Of a stretch of DNA of 64,000 nt, positions 48,013 through 58,585 are shown in pieces (position 1 is the stretch's first letter; each line of letters opens with the position of its first letter). Below the pieces are notes generated by a model. It saw only the letters and a list, made by a program, of their open reading frames with translations. It made no database searches and was not told where the DNA came from. The translations under genes were made by a program, and so were the position numbers. Origin of the DNA: Obrimoposthia wandeli (lineage: Eukaryota); the NCBI GenBank assembly GCA_977020255.1, contig CDROCS010000506.1:496001-560000 (forward strand). Direction: 5' to 3'.

Positions 48013-48732
48013 ATGAAATCAGTATTAATTACAGGTGCCTCATCAGGGATCGGCAAAGCGCTAGCGATTCATTATGCTGACAAGGGTTATCAGGTTTTTG
48101 CTGGCGGCCGCAATATACAACGCCTCAATAAACTCAGTGAGGGTTATGACAACATTACTCCTTTAGTTTGTGATGTGACTTCTAAAGAAAGCATCAAAGA
48201 AGCAAGTTTAAACTTACCGCCCTTAGATATAGTGATCCTCAATGCTGGGGACTGTGAATACATTAATGATGCCAAGGATTTTGATGGCGATTTGTTTGCC
48301 CGCATCATCACCACCAATTTAATCTCTGTCGGCTACTGCCTGCAAGCATGGTTAAAGTTAATCAAGTCCGGTGGCAAACTCGCATTAACCAGTTCTAGCG
48401 CGGCTTTTTTACCATTACCCCGCGCAGAAGCTTACGGTGCATCAAAAGCTGGTCTTAGTTACCTAGCCAAAACATTACACATAGATTTAAAGGCCCATAA
48501 CATCCATGTGTCAGTGATTCACCCAGGGTTTGTTGATACACCATTAACGCAGAAAAACACCTTTGTGATGCCACAAATTATCACCGCAGAGAAAGCGGCA
48601 GGTTATATCGCCTCTGGTCTTGATAACAATAAAGTTGAAATTAACTTCCCGCGTTATTTTATTTGGATGATGAAATTTATACGCCTATTACCTTTTTCGT
48701 TATGGCAAAAAATAGCCTTAAAAATGTCTTAA
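48013..48732 (+). CDS. Short-chain dehydrogenase/reductase
   Basis: TGASSGIG, NAG, YGASK. Confidence 0.92.
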   Translation: MKSVLITGASSGIGKALAIHYADKGYQVFAGGRNIQRLNKLSEGYDNITPLVCDVTSKESIKEASLNLPPLDIVILNAGDCEYINDAKDFDGDLFARIITTNLISVGYCLQAWLKLIKSGGKLALTSSSAAFLPLPRAEAYGASKAGLSYLAKTLHIDLKAHNIHVSVIHPGFVDTPLTQKNTFVMPQIITAEKAAGYIASGLDNNKVEINFPRYFIWMMKFIRLLPFSLWQKIALKMS

Positions 48733-48859
48733 GGCTATTGTTATCAATAGATAATAATACTGTACACAAATACTAAAGAATATAGCGCTTAAAATGACTA
48801 ACGATATCTAACTAAATAAGAACGTATGTCGACAAAGAGCACTACAAGGAAGTTTAATT

Positions 48860-50128
48860 ATGAAAAAGAATATTGCGATTATCGGTACCGGCATCTCAGG
48901 ACTCACCAGTGCTTATTTATTAAGTCAGCAGCATGATGTCACCGTGTTTGAAAAAAATGATTACATCGGTGGTCATACCGCAACCAAAGACATTCATTAT
49001 GATGGCCAAGATTATGCAATTGATACTGGTTTTATCGTCTGTAATAACAAAACCTACCCGTATTTTTTAAAACTACTCAAGCAACTCAATGTGCCATTAC
49101 AAGACACAGAGATGAGCTTTAGCGTATTCAACAAGAATAATAATTTGGAATACAACGGTTGTGATTTAAATGGTTTATTTTCCCAACGCCGTAATATTTT
49201 CAATCTTAAATTTTGGCGGTTAATCTCAGAAATATTGAATTTTAACAAACGCTGCAAAGCGCATTATCATGCCGATGATATTGATGACCAACACACGTTA
49301 GGGACATTTTTAACTGAAAATGGATTTTCGGATTACTTTTGTCAGAATTATATTCTACCGATGGGCGCTGCCATTTGGTCCACCAGCTTGAACGAGATGA
49401 AAGATTTCCAGCTTAAATTCTTTGTACGATTTTTCTTTAATCATGGACTGCTCAATATCCAAGACCGACCACAATGGTACGTAATACCTGGTGGTTCACG
49501 CGAATATATCAGTCCTTTAATCGCCTCATTTAAAGACAATATCCGACTAAACAGCAATATTACCCGTGTCACGCGCACCGAAAATAATGTCTGCATACAA
49601 TTTATCGATGGCAGTGAACAGTTATTTGATGAAGTAGTATTTGCCTGTCATTCCGATCAAGCGCTCGCGTTACTCGGCGATCCATCAGTACAAGAAACTG
49701 CTATTTTAGGCGCTATTCCTTATAGCCGAAATGAAGTGGTCCTGCACACTGATATTAATATTTTACCGCGAAATGTTCGGTCATGGGCAAGTTGGAATTA
49801 CCTACTCAGTGCAGATAAACAAGCACAGCTGACTAAACCATCTTGCGTGACTTACAACATGAATATACTGCAAGGCATTGAATCAAAACATACCTTCTGT
49901 GTGACCTTGAATCAAACCGAACAAATAGCACCGCAAAAAATCATTCAAAAATTTGTCTATCACCACCCAGTGTTTAATCACCTCAGCTTAGCGGCGCAAC
50001 AACGTCGAGATGAAATATGTGGTCAGAACCGCACCCATTTCACTGGTGCTTATTGGCATCATGGTTTCCATGAAGACGGCGTCAACAGTGCGGTAATAGT
50101 AGCGCAACGCTTTGGTATTAGCTTATGA
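48860..50128 (+). CDS. FAD-dependent oxidoreductase (UfaD/RSP1091-like)
   Basis: IAIIGTGISGL, GGHT, DTGFIV, HGFHEDG. Confidence 0.85.
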   Translation: MKKNIAIIGTGISGLTSAYLLSQQHDVTVFEKNDYIGGHTATKDIHYDGQDYAIDTGFIVCNNKTYPYFLKLLKQLNVPLQDTEMSFSVFNKNNNLEYNGCDLNGLFSQRRNIFNLKFWRLISEILNFNKRCKAHYHADDIDDQHTLGTFLTENGFSDYFCQNYILPMGAAIWSTSLNEMKDFQLKFFVRFFFNHGLLNIQDRPQWYVIPGGSREYISPLIASFKDNIRLNSNITRVTRTENNVCIQFIDGSEQLFDEVVFACHSDQALALLGDPSVQETAILGAIPYSRNEVVLHTDINILPRNVRSWASWNYLLSADKQAQLTKPSCVTYNMNILQGIESKHTFCVTLNQTEQIAPQKIIQKFVYHHPVFNHLSLAAQQRRDEICGQNRTHFTGAYWHHGFHEDGVNSAVIVAQRFGISL

Positions 50129-50907
50129 CAGCCAGTCCCCGTCATAGCATCCATCACAGTGGTCTTTATCAAGGTTCCGTTACCCACCGCCGGTTTAGCC
50201 CACGGAAAAACAGCTTTACCTATCAAATAGCGATGTTAGGTATCGATCTAGACGAACTCGAAGATGTCATTGACCAACATTGGTTACTGGGTAAAAACTG
50301 GTTTAATCCAATTCGTTTTTTTGAAAAAGATTACCTAAAAAATGATCCAGGTACATTACGCCAACGTATAGAGAATAAGGTAGCCAAACTGGGTGGAGAT
50401 TGGGATGGTACTCGAGTATTAATGCTAGCCCAGTGTCGCTGTTTGGGGATCTATTTTAGTCCGATAAATTTGTACTACTGTTTTGAACAATCAGGTAATT
50501 GTAAATACATGTTAGCCGAAGTCAGTAATACCCCTTGGAATCAGCGTCATTACTACTTGGTTGATATGAAATCGAGTGCGTTGACGCCAAAAGAGTTTCA
50601 TGTATCACCGTTTATGACGTTAGACATGAAATATCGCTGGCGGTTAACCACACCTGGACAGAATATAAAGGTCAACATCGATAACATTAGCTCAAAACAT
50701 GGCCTAGAAAATGGCTTGAAAAATGAAAAGTTATTTGATGTAGCAATGCGCTTAAACAAAACGAAGATAACCACCATTGAGCTCGGTAAAAGCTGGATAA
50801 CATTGCCATTTAGCGTCATCAAAGTGCTAAGCCTTATCTACTGGCAAGCACTAAAATTAGTAGCTAAACGTATCCCTTTTATCTCTTATCAGAAGCACGG
50901 AGAGTAA
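50125..50907 (+). CDS. DUF1365 protein (UfaO/RSP1090-like)
   Basis: HRRFSP..NSFTY, FSPINLYYC, EVSNTPW, KEFHVSPFM. Confidence 0.88.
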   Translation: MTASPRHSIHHSGLYQGSVTHRRFSPRKNSFTYQIAMLGIDLDELEDVIDQHWLLGKNWFNPIRFFEKDYLKNDPGTLRQRIENKVAKLGGDWDGTRVLMLAQCRCLGIYFSPINLYYCFEQSGNCKYMLAEVSNTPWNQRHYYLVDMKSSALTPKEFHVSPFMTLDMKYRWRLTTPGQNIKVNIDNISSKHGLENGLKNEKLFDVAMRLNKTKITTIELGKSWITLPFSVIKVLSLIYWQALKLVAKRIPFISYQKHGE

Positions 50908-50909
50908 TA

Positions 50910-52208
50910 ATGACAACAACTCACAACTTAGATTTAAAACCAGCATCAAGTACTGAACGTGCAAATGTGAAAACAAAATTAAGCTGGTTTAATAATAAAT
51001 GCCGTTCATTAGTGTTATCGACATTAGATAAAATGGAAGATGCCTGCTTACAAATTGAAGAGCATGGCAATATTATCGAGCTAGGCAACCCTAACGCCAG
51101 CCTTAAAGGAACGATGATTGTCCACGATCCCTCGTTATATATTGATTTCATTCGTGGAGGCAGTGTCGGTGCATCCGAAGGTTACCTTACACAAAAGTGG
51201 TCAAGTCCTGATTTAACCGCGGTTATTCGAGTGTGCGCGCGCAGTCAAAATGCCCTCGATGATATTGAAAATAACGGCAGTTTAATTAATAAGATAAAAG
51301 GTAAACTATTACATTATCAAAATACCAATACTCAAGCGGGTTCGAAGAAAAATATTGTCGCGCATTATGATCTTGGTAATGACTTATATACCCGTTTTTT
51401 AGATCCTGAAATGATGTATTCATGTGCAATCTATTCACCACAACACAGCACCTTAGAGCAAGCACAAATACTGAAATTAAAGACTATTTGCGACAAGCTA
51501 AATTTAAAATCATCAGACACCTTGATTGAAATAGGTACTGGTTGGGGCGCACTAGCCATATATGCGGCGAGTAATTACGGCTGCCAAGTCACCACAACAA
51601 CCATTTCAGAAGAACAATATAGCTATGCACAAGCGCGTGTAAAAGCACTTAAACTCGACGATAAAATAACCCTACTAAAACAAGATTACCGACTGCTTGA
51701 AGGCACTTACGATAAATTAGTCTCTATCGAAATGATAGAAGCTGTTGGCCATGCCTTCATGCCCAGCTTTTTTGAAAAATGTAATGCTTTGCTAAAACCT
51801 AACGGCAAGATGCTGATTCAAGCTATTACCATTGCCGATCAACGCTATGATAGCTACAGACAAAACATTGATTTTATCCAAAAGTACATCTTCCCCGGTG
51901 GTTGCCTCCCCTCTGTATCGGTGATGAGCGAACATATTGCTAAATCAACCGACATGATGATCGATAACATTGAAGATATAGGCTTGCATTACGCCCGCAC
52001 TTTGAATGATTGGCGCGTTAAATTTGATGAAAACTGGGCCGATATCCAGTCCTTTGGTTACGATGATGCATTTAAACGTCTATGGCATTACTACTTTGGC
52101 TATTGCGAAGGCGCGTTCATTGAACGTGTCATTAGCACCCATCATATCGTCGCAAGGAAACCACTTAATAAGGAACAAGATGATGAAATCATACTTAATT
52201 ATTTATGA
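50910..52208 (+). CDS. cfa: Cyclopropane-fatty-acyl-phospholipid synthase family SAM methyltransferase
   Basis: HYDLGNDLY, MYSCA, EIGTGWG, SIEMIEAVG, YIFPGG. Confidence 0.92.
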   Translation: MTTTHNLDLKPASSTERANVKTKLSWFNNKCRSLVLSTLDKMEDACLQIEEHGNIIELGNPNASLKGTMIVHDPSLYIDFIRGGSVGASEGYLTQKWSSPDLTAVIRVCARSQNALDDIENNGSLINKIKGKLLHYQNTNTQAGSKKNIVAHYDLGNDLYTRFLDPEMMYSCAIYSPQHSTLEQAQILKLKTICDKLNLKSSDTLIEIGTGWGALAIYAASNYGCQVTTTTISEEQYSYAQARVKALKLDDKITLLKQDYRLLEGTYDKLVSIEMIEAVGHAFMPSFFEKCNALLKPNGKMLIQAITIADQRYDSYRQNIDFIQKYIFPGGCLPSVSVMSEHIAKSTDMMIDNIEDIGLHYARTLNDWRVKFDENWADIQSFGYDDAFKRLWHYYFGYCEGAFIERVISTHHIVARKPLNKEQDDEIILNYL

Positions 52209-52237
52209 GCTAAATACAGGGCTTAATAACGTAGCCA

Positions 52238-52813
52238 ATGTCATTCAAAGCCTTGCTCTCTCGATGGCTAGTGACAAATACAGGGTACGTTAATATGTGC
52301 ATGCTTCATCGTTACTTTAACGTTATCAATTTTTCTATCTATCAAGCTATGTTGCTACTGGCACTATTTTACCAACATAGCGCAGTTAAATTGATGTTGG
52401 TACTGCTGCTATTGCACTTTTTACTCAGTCCTAGTCGACAAACAGATATGCGATTTATGTTACTCGCATTGATTGGAGCGACTGTAGACCAAGTATTAGT
52501 AACAATGAATGTACTCACCGTTGATGGCGGTATTATTCCGTTTTATTTGGTATTGATCTGGTGCGCATTAGCGCTCACCTTTAATCACAGTCTGCGCTGG
52601 ATAACAACACTAAAACCTTTGTATATCATGCTAACAGGGGCAATCGCGGGTCCATTAAGTTATTACGCAGCGCTAAAAACGGGGGCATTAGAGACCCCAA
52701 TAACGACCACGAGTTACGTCGCCATTTATGCGTTTGTATGGCTGTTGCTATTGCCGTTGTTAAGCTATTTAGCTCAAGTCATCACGTATGACCATAGGAT
52801 TAGCCATGAATAG
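52238..52813 (+). CDS. DUF2878 membrane protein (start uncertain)
   Basis: Multi-TM, GAIAGPLSYYAA; usual position after cfa. Confidence 0.72.
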   Translation: MSFKALLSRWLVTNTGYVNMCMLHRYFNVINFSIYQAMLLLALFYQHSAVKLMLVLLLLHFLLSPSRQTDMRFMLLALIGATVDQVLVTMNVLTVDGGIIPFYLVLIWCALALTFNHSLRWITTLKPLYIMLTGAIAGPLSYYAALKTGALETPITTTSYVAIYAFVWLLLLPLLSYLAQVITYDHRISHE

Positions 52814-53339
52814 AATAACCCAAACTATGTGCCTGCTGGCGCTGTTATTATTACAGCTATTTATGCCCTTACGTTTATCGGCAATGCCGCTACTCAATAA
52901 CATGTACAAACATGGTGAAGGCGAGATGAGCTTTCTGTTTTGGACCTTATATAAAGCTGAACTCTATTCGGGCCAACCGGATTTTGATATTAAGCGTTAC
53001 CCACAAGCACTCAAAATTACCTATTTACGTGACATATCACAGCAAGACTTGATTGAAGCAACGCAAAAACAGTGGCGAGAGCTTGGATTGAATTTACCAG
53101 ATGAAGGCCAATGGCTTAAGGATTTAGCCAGCATATGGCCAGATGTTAACGAAGGTGATGTCATTACCCTGATTGTTGATGCACAACAAGTCAGTCATTT
53201 TTATCTATCTAACAACAATGATGTCACCACATTAGGCCGCTTAGATAACCAAGCTTTTGGCTCATCATTTCTCGCTATTTGGTTATCAAAAGACACATCT
53301 AGGCCTGACTTACGCTCGCAGCTAATAGGATATAAATAA
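52806..53339 (+). CDS. Chalcone-isomerase-like secreted protein
   Basis: GEGEMSFLFWTLYKAEL, WPDV, FLAIWLS..T..P.LR. Confidence 0.8.
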   Translation: MNRITQTMCLLALLLLQLFMPLRLSAMPLLNNMYKHGEGEMSFLFWTLYKAELYSGQPDFDIKRYPQALKITYLRDISQQDLIEATQKQWRELGLNLPDEGQWLKDLASIWPDVNEGDVITLIVDAQQVSHFYLSNNNDVTTLGRLDNQAFGSSFLAIWLSKDTSRPDLRSQLIGYK

Positions 53340-53896
53340 TGCATGTTTTAACACCTGTTTTAAATAAATTAAAGACAATGATAGCTGGCGTATTTACCCT
53401 ATTGTTTATTGTCTCCTGTAGTTCACCGGCATTAGAAGATTATCAACAAACAACACCCGTGTTCGCGTTTGATAGCTTCTTTGATGGTGAGTTGATTGCT
53501 TATGGCATTGTGTTTGATCGGGACGGTAAAATGACACGCCGCTTTCATGTAGATCTCAGCGCCACATGGCAAGATAATCAAGGGACGATTAAAGAGTGGT
53601 TTACCTTTGATGATGGTGAAAAATCAACACGTATTTGGAGCATCACCAAAAAATCAGCTAATCTATACGAAGGTACAGCCAGTGATGTAATCGGTGTAGC
53701 CCAAGGTAGAACCCAAGGTTCTGCATTACATTGGCAGTATGATCTTGTGATCAATGTCGACGGTTCTGACTATGAAGTGGCATTGGATGACTGGATGTAT
53801 TTATTAGATGAAAAACGCTTATTCAACAAAACCGATATTATCAAGTTTGGCATTAAGGTCGGTGAAATAAATCTGGTTATCGAAAAGCAAAACTAA
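53339..53896 (+). CDS. DUF3833 lipoprotein
   Basis: IVS-C lipobox, FFDG.L.AYG, DDWMYL. Confidence 0.85.
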   Translation: MHVLTPVLNKLKTMIAGVFTLLFIVSCSSPALEDYQQTTPVFAFDSFFDGELIAYGIVFDRDGKMTRRFHVDLSATWQDNQGTIKEWFTFDDGEKSTRIWSITKKSANLYEGTASDVIGVAQGRTQGSALHWQYDLVINVDGSDYEVALDDWMYLLDEKRLFNKTDIIKFGIKVGEINLVIEKQN

Positions 53897-53969
53897 CATC
53901 GACTCTTTTAATACTATAATACAGCTAAATCCATGATTCAATAAACAAAAAACACTTACTTTAAATACC

Positions 53970-54002
53970 AAGAAACCATACTATTACTAGTATGGTTTCT
54001 TT
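53970..54002. terminator. Bidirectional terminator
   Basis: Perfect 14-bp stem AAGAAACCATACTA/TAGTATGGTTTCTT between convergent genes. Confidence 0.8.
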
Positions 54003-54063
54003 ACGCATATCAGGATTATTTACAGCCATAGCACTATAACAACAGCTGTAATGACCTTAACAA

Positions 54064-54660
54064 TTATGCCGTTAGATGATCAACAACAGTTTCAGACCAT
54101 GATTCTAAGTTTAGCTTAGCCAATTCATCTGCAGTCAAGAAACCTGCTAGATTCAATGCATCTTCTTTACTGGTAATAACCAAGTCTGCATGTACTTCAG
54201 CTACTAATACGATACCTAAATGAACTTCATCCACAGGCGTTACGTCTTTAGACAAATAACCGATTGTCGTCATACCCAAAAAGTCAGCTTCTGTTAAACC
54301 TAACTCTTCGTGCAATTCACGATACATACCCGTGCGTAATGTATCTGTTAATTGGAATACACCTTTGTCATTATAAACAGCGTCAACGGCGTCAACATGA
54401 CCACCAATACCGATACTAAATAAGTTATGTAGACGTGATTCACCACCAGACTTAGAGCGTTCATAAGCTAAATACTTATCGCCCTGTTTTACCACTACAT
54501 AAGGGATAAGTTGACGGAATTTAGGGTTCGTTTCTAACAGCGCACGCTGCATAATAACAACGTCTTTACTTTCGATATTAACAGTCGCGCTGTCAATTAA
54601 ACGGGTTGAGGGTGCTGCTACGTCTGCAAAAACGGAAATAATATGCTCTTGATGTTTCAC
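54064..54660 (-). CDS. Predicted Nudix-family phosphoesterase (COG4112/YmaB-like)
   Basis: RQLIPYVV, SIGIGGHVD, RELHEELG, HLGIV. Confidence 0.75.
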   Translation of the reverse strand: MKHQEHIISVFADVAAPSTRLIDSATVNIESKDVVIMQRALLETNPKFRQLIPYVVVKQGDKYLAYERSKSGGESRLHNLFSIGIGGHVDAVDAVYNDKGVFQLTDTLRTGMYRELHEELGLTEADFLGMTTIGYLSKDVTPVDEVHLGIVLVAEVHADLVITSKEDALNLAGFLTADELAKLNLESWSETVVDHLTA

Positions 54661-54814
54661 TGTTATCTACCTAAGTAATTCAAAGCATCTTTATAACTAA
54701 ATCGCTCCACTTTGTCACTCTAATTAGATGATTATTTATTTTAAGAATTGCTGACAAAGTCACATTTTAGTGCGAAAATAGCGCAACTTTCTAACCAAGA
54801 GATTAAACAACTCA

Positions 54815-55672
54815 ATGACTGCTCAAATCATTAATGGAAAAAATATTTCTCAGCAAGTTCGCCAGAAAGTTGCTGATGAAGTGGCTACGCGTACTGCACA
54901 AGGATTACGCGCCCCGGGTCTTGCTGTGATTTTAGTGGGTGCCGATCCGGCATCACAAGTATATGTTGGGAGCAAACGTCGTGCCTGTGAAGAAGTAGGC
55001 TTCGTTTCTAAATCTTATGATCTTGAAAAAGATAGCTCACAAGAAGCGTTATTAACGCTAATTGATGAATTAAACGCAGATGCAACGATTGACGGAATAT
55101 TAGTGCAACTGCCTTTACCTGCGCATATTGATACAACCGTGGTGTTGGAACATATTCGCCCAGACAAAGATGTTGATGGTTTCCACCCATACAACGTCGG
55201 TCGTTTATCACAACGTATTCCTGCATTACGTCCTTGCACACCAAAAGGTATTATTACGCTACTTGAATCAACAGGTGTTGACCTACACGGTCTTGACGCA
55301 GTTGTTGTAGGCGCGTCTAATATTGTTGGTCGTCCAATGACGCTTGAATTATTACTTGCAGGTTGTACAACGACTACATGTCATCGCTTCACCCTAAACC
55401 TAGAAGAGCATGTTCGTCGTGCCGACTTAGTTGTGGTTGCAGTTGGCCGCCCTAACTTTATTCCAGGTGAATGGATCAAGAAAGGTGCTATGGTTGTCGA
55501 TGTAGGTATTAACCGTTTAGAAAATGGCAAACTTGTTGGTGATGTTGGCTTTGAAGTAGCAAAAGAAAACGCTGCTTTCATTACCCCTGTACCAGGTGGT
55601 GTTGGTCCAATGACAGTTGCAAGCTTGATTGAAAATACATTAATATCTTGCCGTGATTACCATTCAAAGTAA
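54815..55672 (+). CDS. folD: Methylene-THF dehydrogenase/cyclohydrolase
   Basis: [26 protein letters not shown]. Confidence 0.98.
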   Translation: MTAQIINGKNISQQVRQKVADEVATRTAQGLRAPGLAVILVGADPASQVYVGSKRRACEEVGFVSKSYDLEKDSSQEALLTLIDELNADATIDGILVQLPLPAHIDTTVVLEHIRPDKDVDGFHPYNVGRLSQRIPALRPCTPKGIITLLESTGVDLHGLDAVVVGASNIVGRPMTLELLLAGCTTTTCHRFTLNLEEHVRRADLVVVAVGRPNFIPGEWIKKGAMVVDVGINRLENGKLVGDVGFEVAKENAAFITPVPGGVGPMTVASLIENTLISCRDYHSK

Positions 55673-55699
55673 TCGATAGGTAGTCGATAGTTTATAAAT

Positions 55700-55736
55700 A
55701 AAAAGCCGCATCACCTTTAGGTCATGCGGCTTTTTT
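55700..55736. terminator. Bidirectional terminator
   Basis: AAAAGCCGCAT...ATGCGGCTTTTTT. Confidence 0.85.
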
Positions 55737-55784
55737 GTAAGCTCGATTTATTTAAATCTAAACGACTATTTAAAGCTAAACTGT

Positions 55785-56258
55785 TTATTTGAAACTTAAC
55801 AGCTCAACTTCAAAAATCAGCGTTGAACCGGCTTGGATACTGCCCGCGCCACGGTTGCCATAGGCTAAACGGCTTGGAATAAAGAAACGACGTTTCTCAC
55901 CCACAACCATCAACTGCACACCTTCAGTCCAACCAGGAATAACTTGATTCAAACCAAATGTAATTGGCTCGCCGCGTTGTACAGAGCTATCAAACACACT
56001 GCCATCTAATAATGTACCGTGATAATGCACTGTTACTTTAGAACGACCCGTTGGGTGCTCCGTACCTGTGCCTTCTGTAAGTATCATTGACTGTAGACCT
56101 GAAGCCGTTTCTTCAACACCTTCTTTCTCTAAGTTCGCAGCTAAAAACAGTTTACCTGCTTCAATGTTTACCGCCGCTTGCTTCTTGTTACCACCCATAC
56201 GTTGCATAACAAAGAAAATCAACGCACAACCAATGATAACCGAAATAACTTTAAACAT
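55785..56258 (-). CDS. FKBP-type peptidyl-prolyl isomerase with N-terminal membrane anchor
   Basis: VHYHGTL.DG.VFDSS, QVIPGWTEG, LAYG, TLIFEVEL. Confidence 0.93.
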   Translation of the reverse strand: MFKVISVIIGCALIFFVMQRMGGNKKQAAVNIEAGKLFLAANLEKEGVEETASGLQSMILTEGTGTEHPTGRSKVTVHYHGTLLDGSVFDSSVQRGEPITFGLNQVIPGWTEGVQLMVVGEKRRFFIPSRLAYGNRGAGSIQAGSTLIFEVELLSFK

Positions 56259-56322
56259 GTTTAATCCTTTATATAGTAAAAATGCCAATTACTGCTTAAA
56301 TTAAACAACAGAGCATGGCATT

Positions 56323-56351
56323 AAAAGTCGTGATTTATCTTTAGTCACGAC
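56323..56351 (-). terminator. Probable cysS terminator
   Basis: AAAA-GTCGTGA...TCACGAC. Confidence 0.5.
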
Positions 56352-56358
56352 ATCAAAA

Positions 56359-57762
56359 TTACTTGCGGCGCCAACTAGTACCGTTCGCGCCATCTTCCAA
56401 TACAATACCTAATGCATTCAACTTGTCACGCGCGTCATCCGCCATGCCCCAGTCTTTGCTTGCTCTTGCATCATTACGTTGCTTAATTAACGCTTCGATT
56501 ACTGCAACTTCGTCATCTTCACCTGCATCACCTTGCAAGAAAGCTTCTGGCGCTTGTGAAAGTAGACCAAGTACATTACCAAATGCAACTAACTGCGCCG
56601 CTAATTCACCAGCACGTTTCGCATCAGTTTCTTTAATACGGTTAATTTCTTTCGCGAGTTCAAACAACACAGGGAATGCTTCAGGTGTATTGAAGTCATC
56701 GTCCATTGCCGTTTTAAACGTTTCAACGTACGCTTCACAACCTGGTACAACGCCATCTGCATATTCAGTTACATCTGCAATTGTTACATCACGTAATGCT
56801 GTATATAAACGCTCCAAGCTTGAACGAGCTTGTTTTAAGTTGTCTTCAGAATAATTTAACTGGCTACGGTAATGCCCTGAAAGAAGGAAATAACGTACCG
56901 ATTCACCATCGTATTCTTCTAATACATCACGGATAGTGAAGAAATTGTTTAGTGATTTCGACATTTTAACTTTATCGATTTGTACCATACCTGAATGCAT
57001 CCAAGTATTTACGTACTCACCGTTATGCGCGCAGCATGATTGCGCTACTTCGTTTTCGTGATGTGGGAACATTAAATCAGAACCACCACCGTGAATATCA
57101 AATACTTCACCCAGTAGTTTGTTGTTCATTGCTGAACATTCAATATGCCAACCTGGACGGCCTTCGCCCCACGGAGAAACCCAGCTAGGTTCACCTGGTT
57201 TAGCCATTTTCCACAATACGAAGTCCATCGGGTTACGTTTGTTAGATTCAACTTCAACACGCGCGCCTGCTTGTAACATGTCTAAGTCTTGGCCACTTAA
57301 CTTACCGTAGTCAGCAAATGTCTTCACTTCAAACAATACATCACCACTGCTCGCAACATAGGCATTGCCTTTAGCCACTAACTTTTCAATGATTTCGATA
57401 ATATCAGGCATGTGACCTGTTACCGTTGGTTCGATATCCGGGCGGATCATATGCAGAGCATCAAAATCTTCATGCATTGCTTGGGTAAAACGTGTTGTTA
57501 ACTGGTCGCAAGTTTCACCGTTTTCATTAGCACGTTTAATGATCTTGTCATCAACGTCGGTAATGTTACGAATAAACTTAACGGCATAACCGCGATGGCG
57601 AAGATAACGCACCACAGTATCAAACGCGACAAAAGTACGACCATGACCAATGTGACAGTAATCGTAGATAGTCACGCCACATACGTACATACCGATTTCA
57701 CCTTCGGTGATAGGTTTGAATTGTTCTTTTTGGCGAGTCAGGGTGTTGTAAATCTTCAGCAT
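56359..57762 (-). CDS. cysS: Cysteinyl-tRNA synthetase
   Basis: CGVT, HIGH, PGWHIEC, KMSKS. Confidence 0.98.
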   Translation of the reverse strand: MLKIYNTLTRQKEQFKPITEGEIGMYVCGVTIYDYCHIGHGRTFVAFDTVVRYLRHRGYAVKFIRNITDVDDKIIKRANENGETCDQLTTRFTQAMHEDFDALHMIRPDIEPTVTGHMPDIIEIIEKLVAKGNAYVASSGDVLFEVKTFADYGKLSGQDLDMLQAGARVEVESNKRNPMDFVLWKMAKPGEPSWVSPWGEGRPGWHIECSAMNNKLLGEVFDIHGGGSDLMFPHHENEVAQSCCAHNGEYVNTWMHSGMVQIDKVKMSKSLNNFFTIRDVLEEYDGESVRYFLLSGHYRSQLNYSEDNLKQARSSLERLYTALRDVTIADVTEYADGVVPGCEAYVETFKTAMDDDFNTPEAFPVLFELAKEINRIKETDAKRAGELAAQLVAFGNVLGLLSQAPEAFLQGDAGEDDEVAVIEALIKQRNDARASKDWGMADDARDKLNALGIVLEDGANGTSWRRK

Positions 57763-58008
57763 CGAATAATGATCCTTGCGCAAACAGTAAAATGCAATTA
57801 ATTGACTGATTTTACCATTCGCACTAATGATTACTAGCTTTGCAGTAGCATAAAACCACGAAATTTAGCTCAACCACTAAAAAAGTGTATAAATCAGGCA
57901 AATGAAAGGATAATTATAGCCATAGACCTTGCTTGTAGAGGTTAAGGCTTTTCGATCGCAGGGCTTTAGGATAGAATTTAGCAGTTAATTAACCAAAGGA
58001 TCATTAAA

Positions 58009-58506
58009 ATGATAACTCTACATACAGATTTCGGTGACATCAAAATCGCACTTAACTTTGAAAGTGCACCAAAAACAGCAGCTAACTTCCTAGAATACGC
58101 AAAAAGCGGCTTCTACGAAGGTACTATCTTTCACCGTGTAATCGATGGTTTCATGGTTCAAGGTGGCGGCATGCTTCCTGGTATGGAAGAGAAAAGTTCA
58201 AATGCATGTATCGAAAATGAAGCAGACAACGGTCTGTCGAATAAATTAGGTACATTAGCAATGGCACGTACTTCTGATCCACATTCAGCAAGTTCACAGT
58301 TTTTCATCAACGTGAAAGACAATAGCTTCCTAGACTTCTCAAGCAAGACGTCACAAGGTTGGGGTTATTGTGTATTTGCTGAAGTTGTTGAAGGCATGGA
58401 CATCGTTGAAAAAATGAAAAAAGTTGCTACAGGCAACAAACGTGGCCACGGTGACGTACCACTAGAAGACATTATCATTACTAAAGTAACTGTAGAAGAA
58501 GCTTAA
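58009..58506 (+). CDS. ppiB: Cyclophilin-type PPIase B
   Basis: [36 protein letters not shown]. Confidence 0.96.
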   Translation: MITLHTDFGDIKIALNFESAPKTAANFLEYAKSGFYEGTIFHRVIDGFMVQGGGMLPGMEEKSSNACIENEADNGLSNKLGTLAMARTSDPHSASSQFFINVKDNSFLDFSSKTSQGWGYCVFAEVVEGMDIVEKMKKVATGNKRGHGDVPLEDIIITKVTVEEA

Positions 58507-58529
58507 TAGCTCACTCAGTTGACTAAAAT

Positions 58530-58559
58530 AAATACACTGCTTCGGTAGTGTATTTTTTT
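58530..58559 (+). terminator. Terminator-like hairpin after ppiB
   Basis: AATACACTGC-TTCG-GTAGTGTATT followed by a T-run. Confidence 0.75.
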
Positions 58560-58585
58560 ATTCACGACAAGGATGCAACACCAAT

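Noticed and set aside
56363-56854. 163-aa plus-strand ORF and similar ORFs opposite core genes
   Set aside because: Antisense to cysS and other well-conserved genes, with no recognisable motifs
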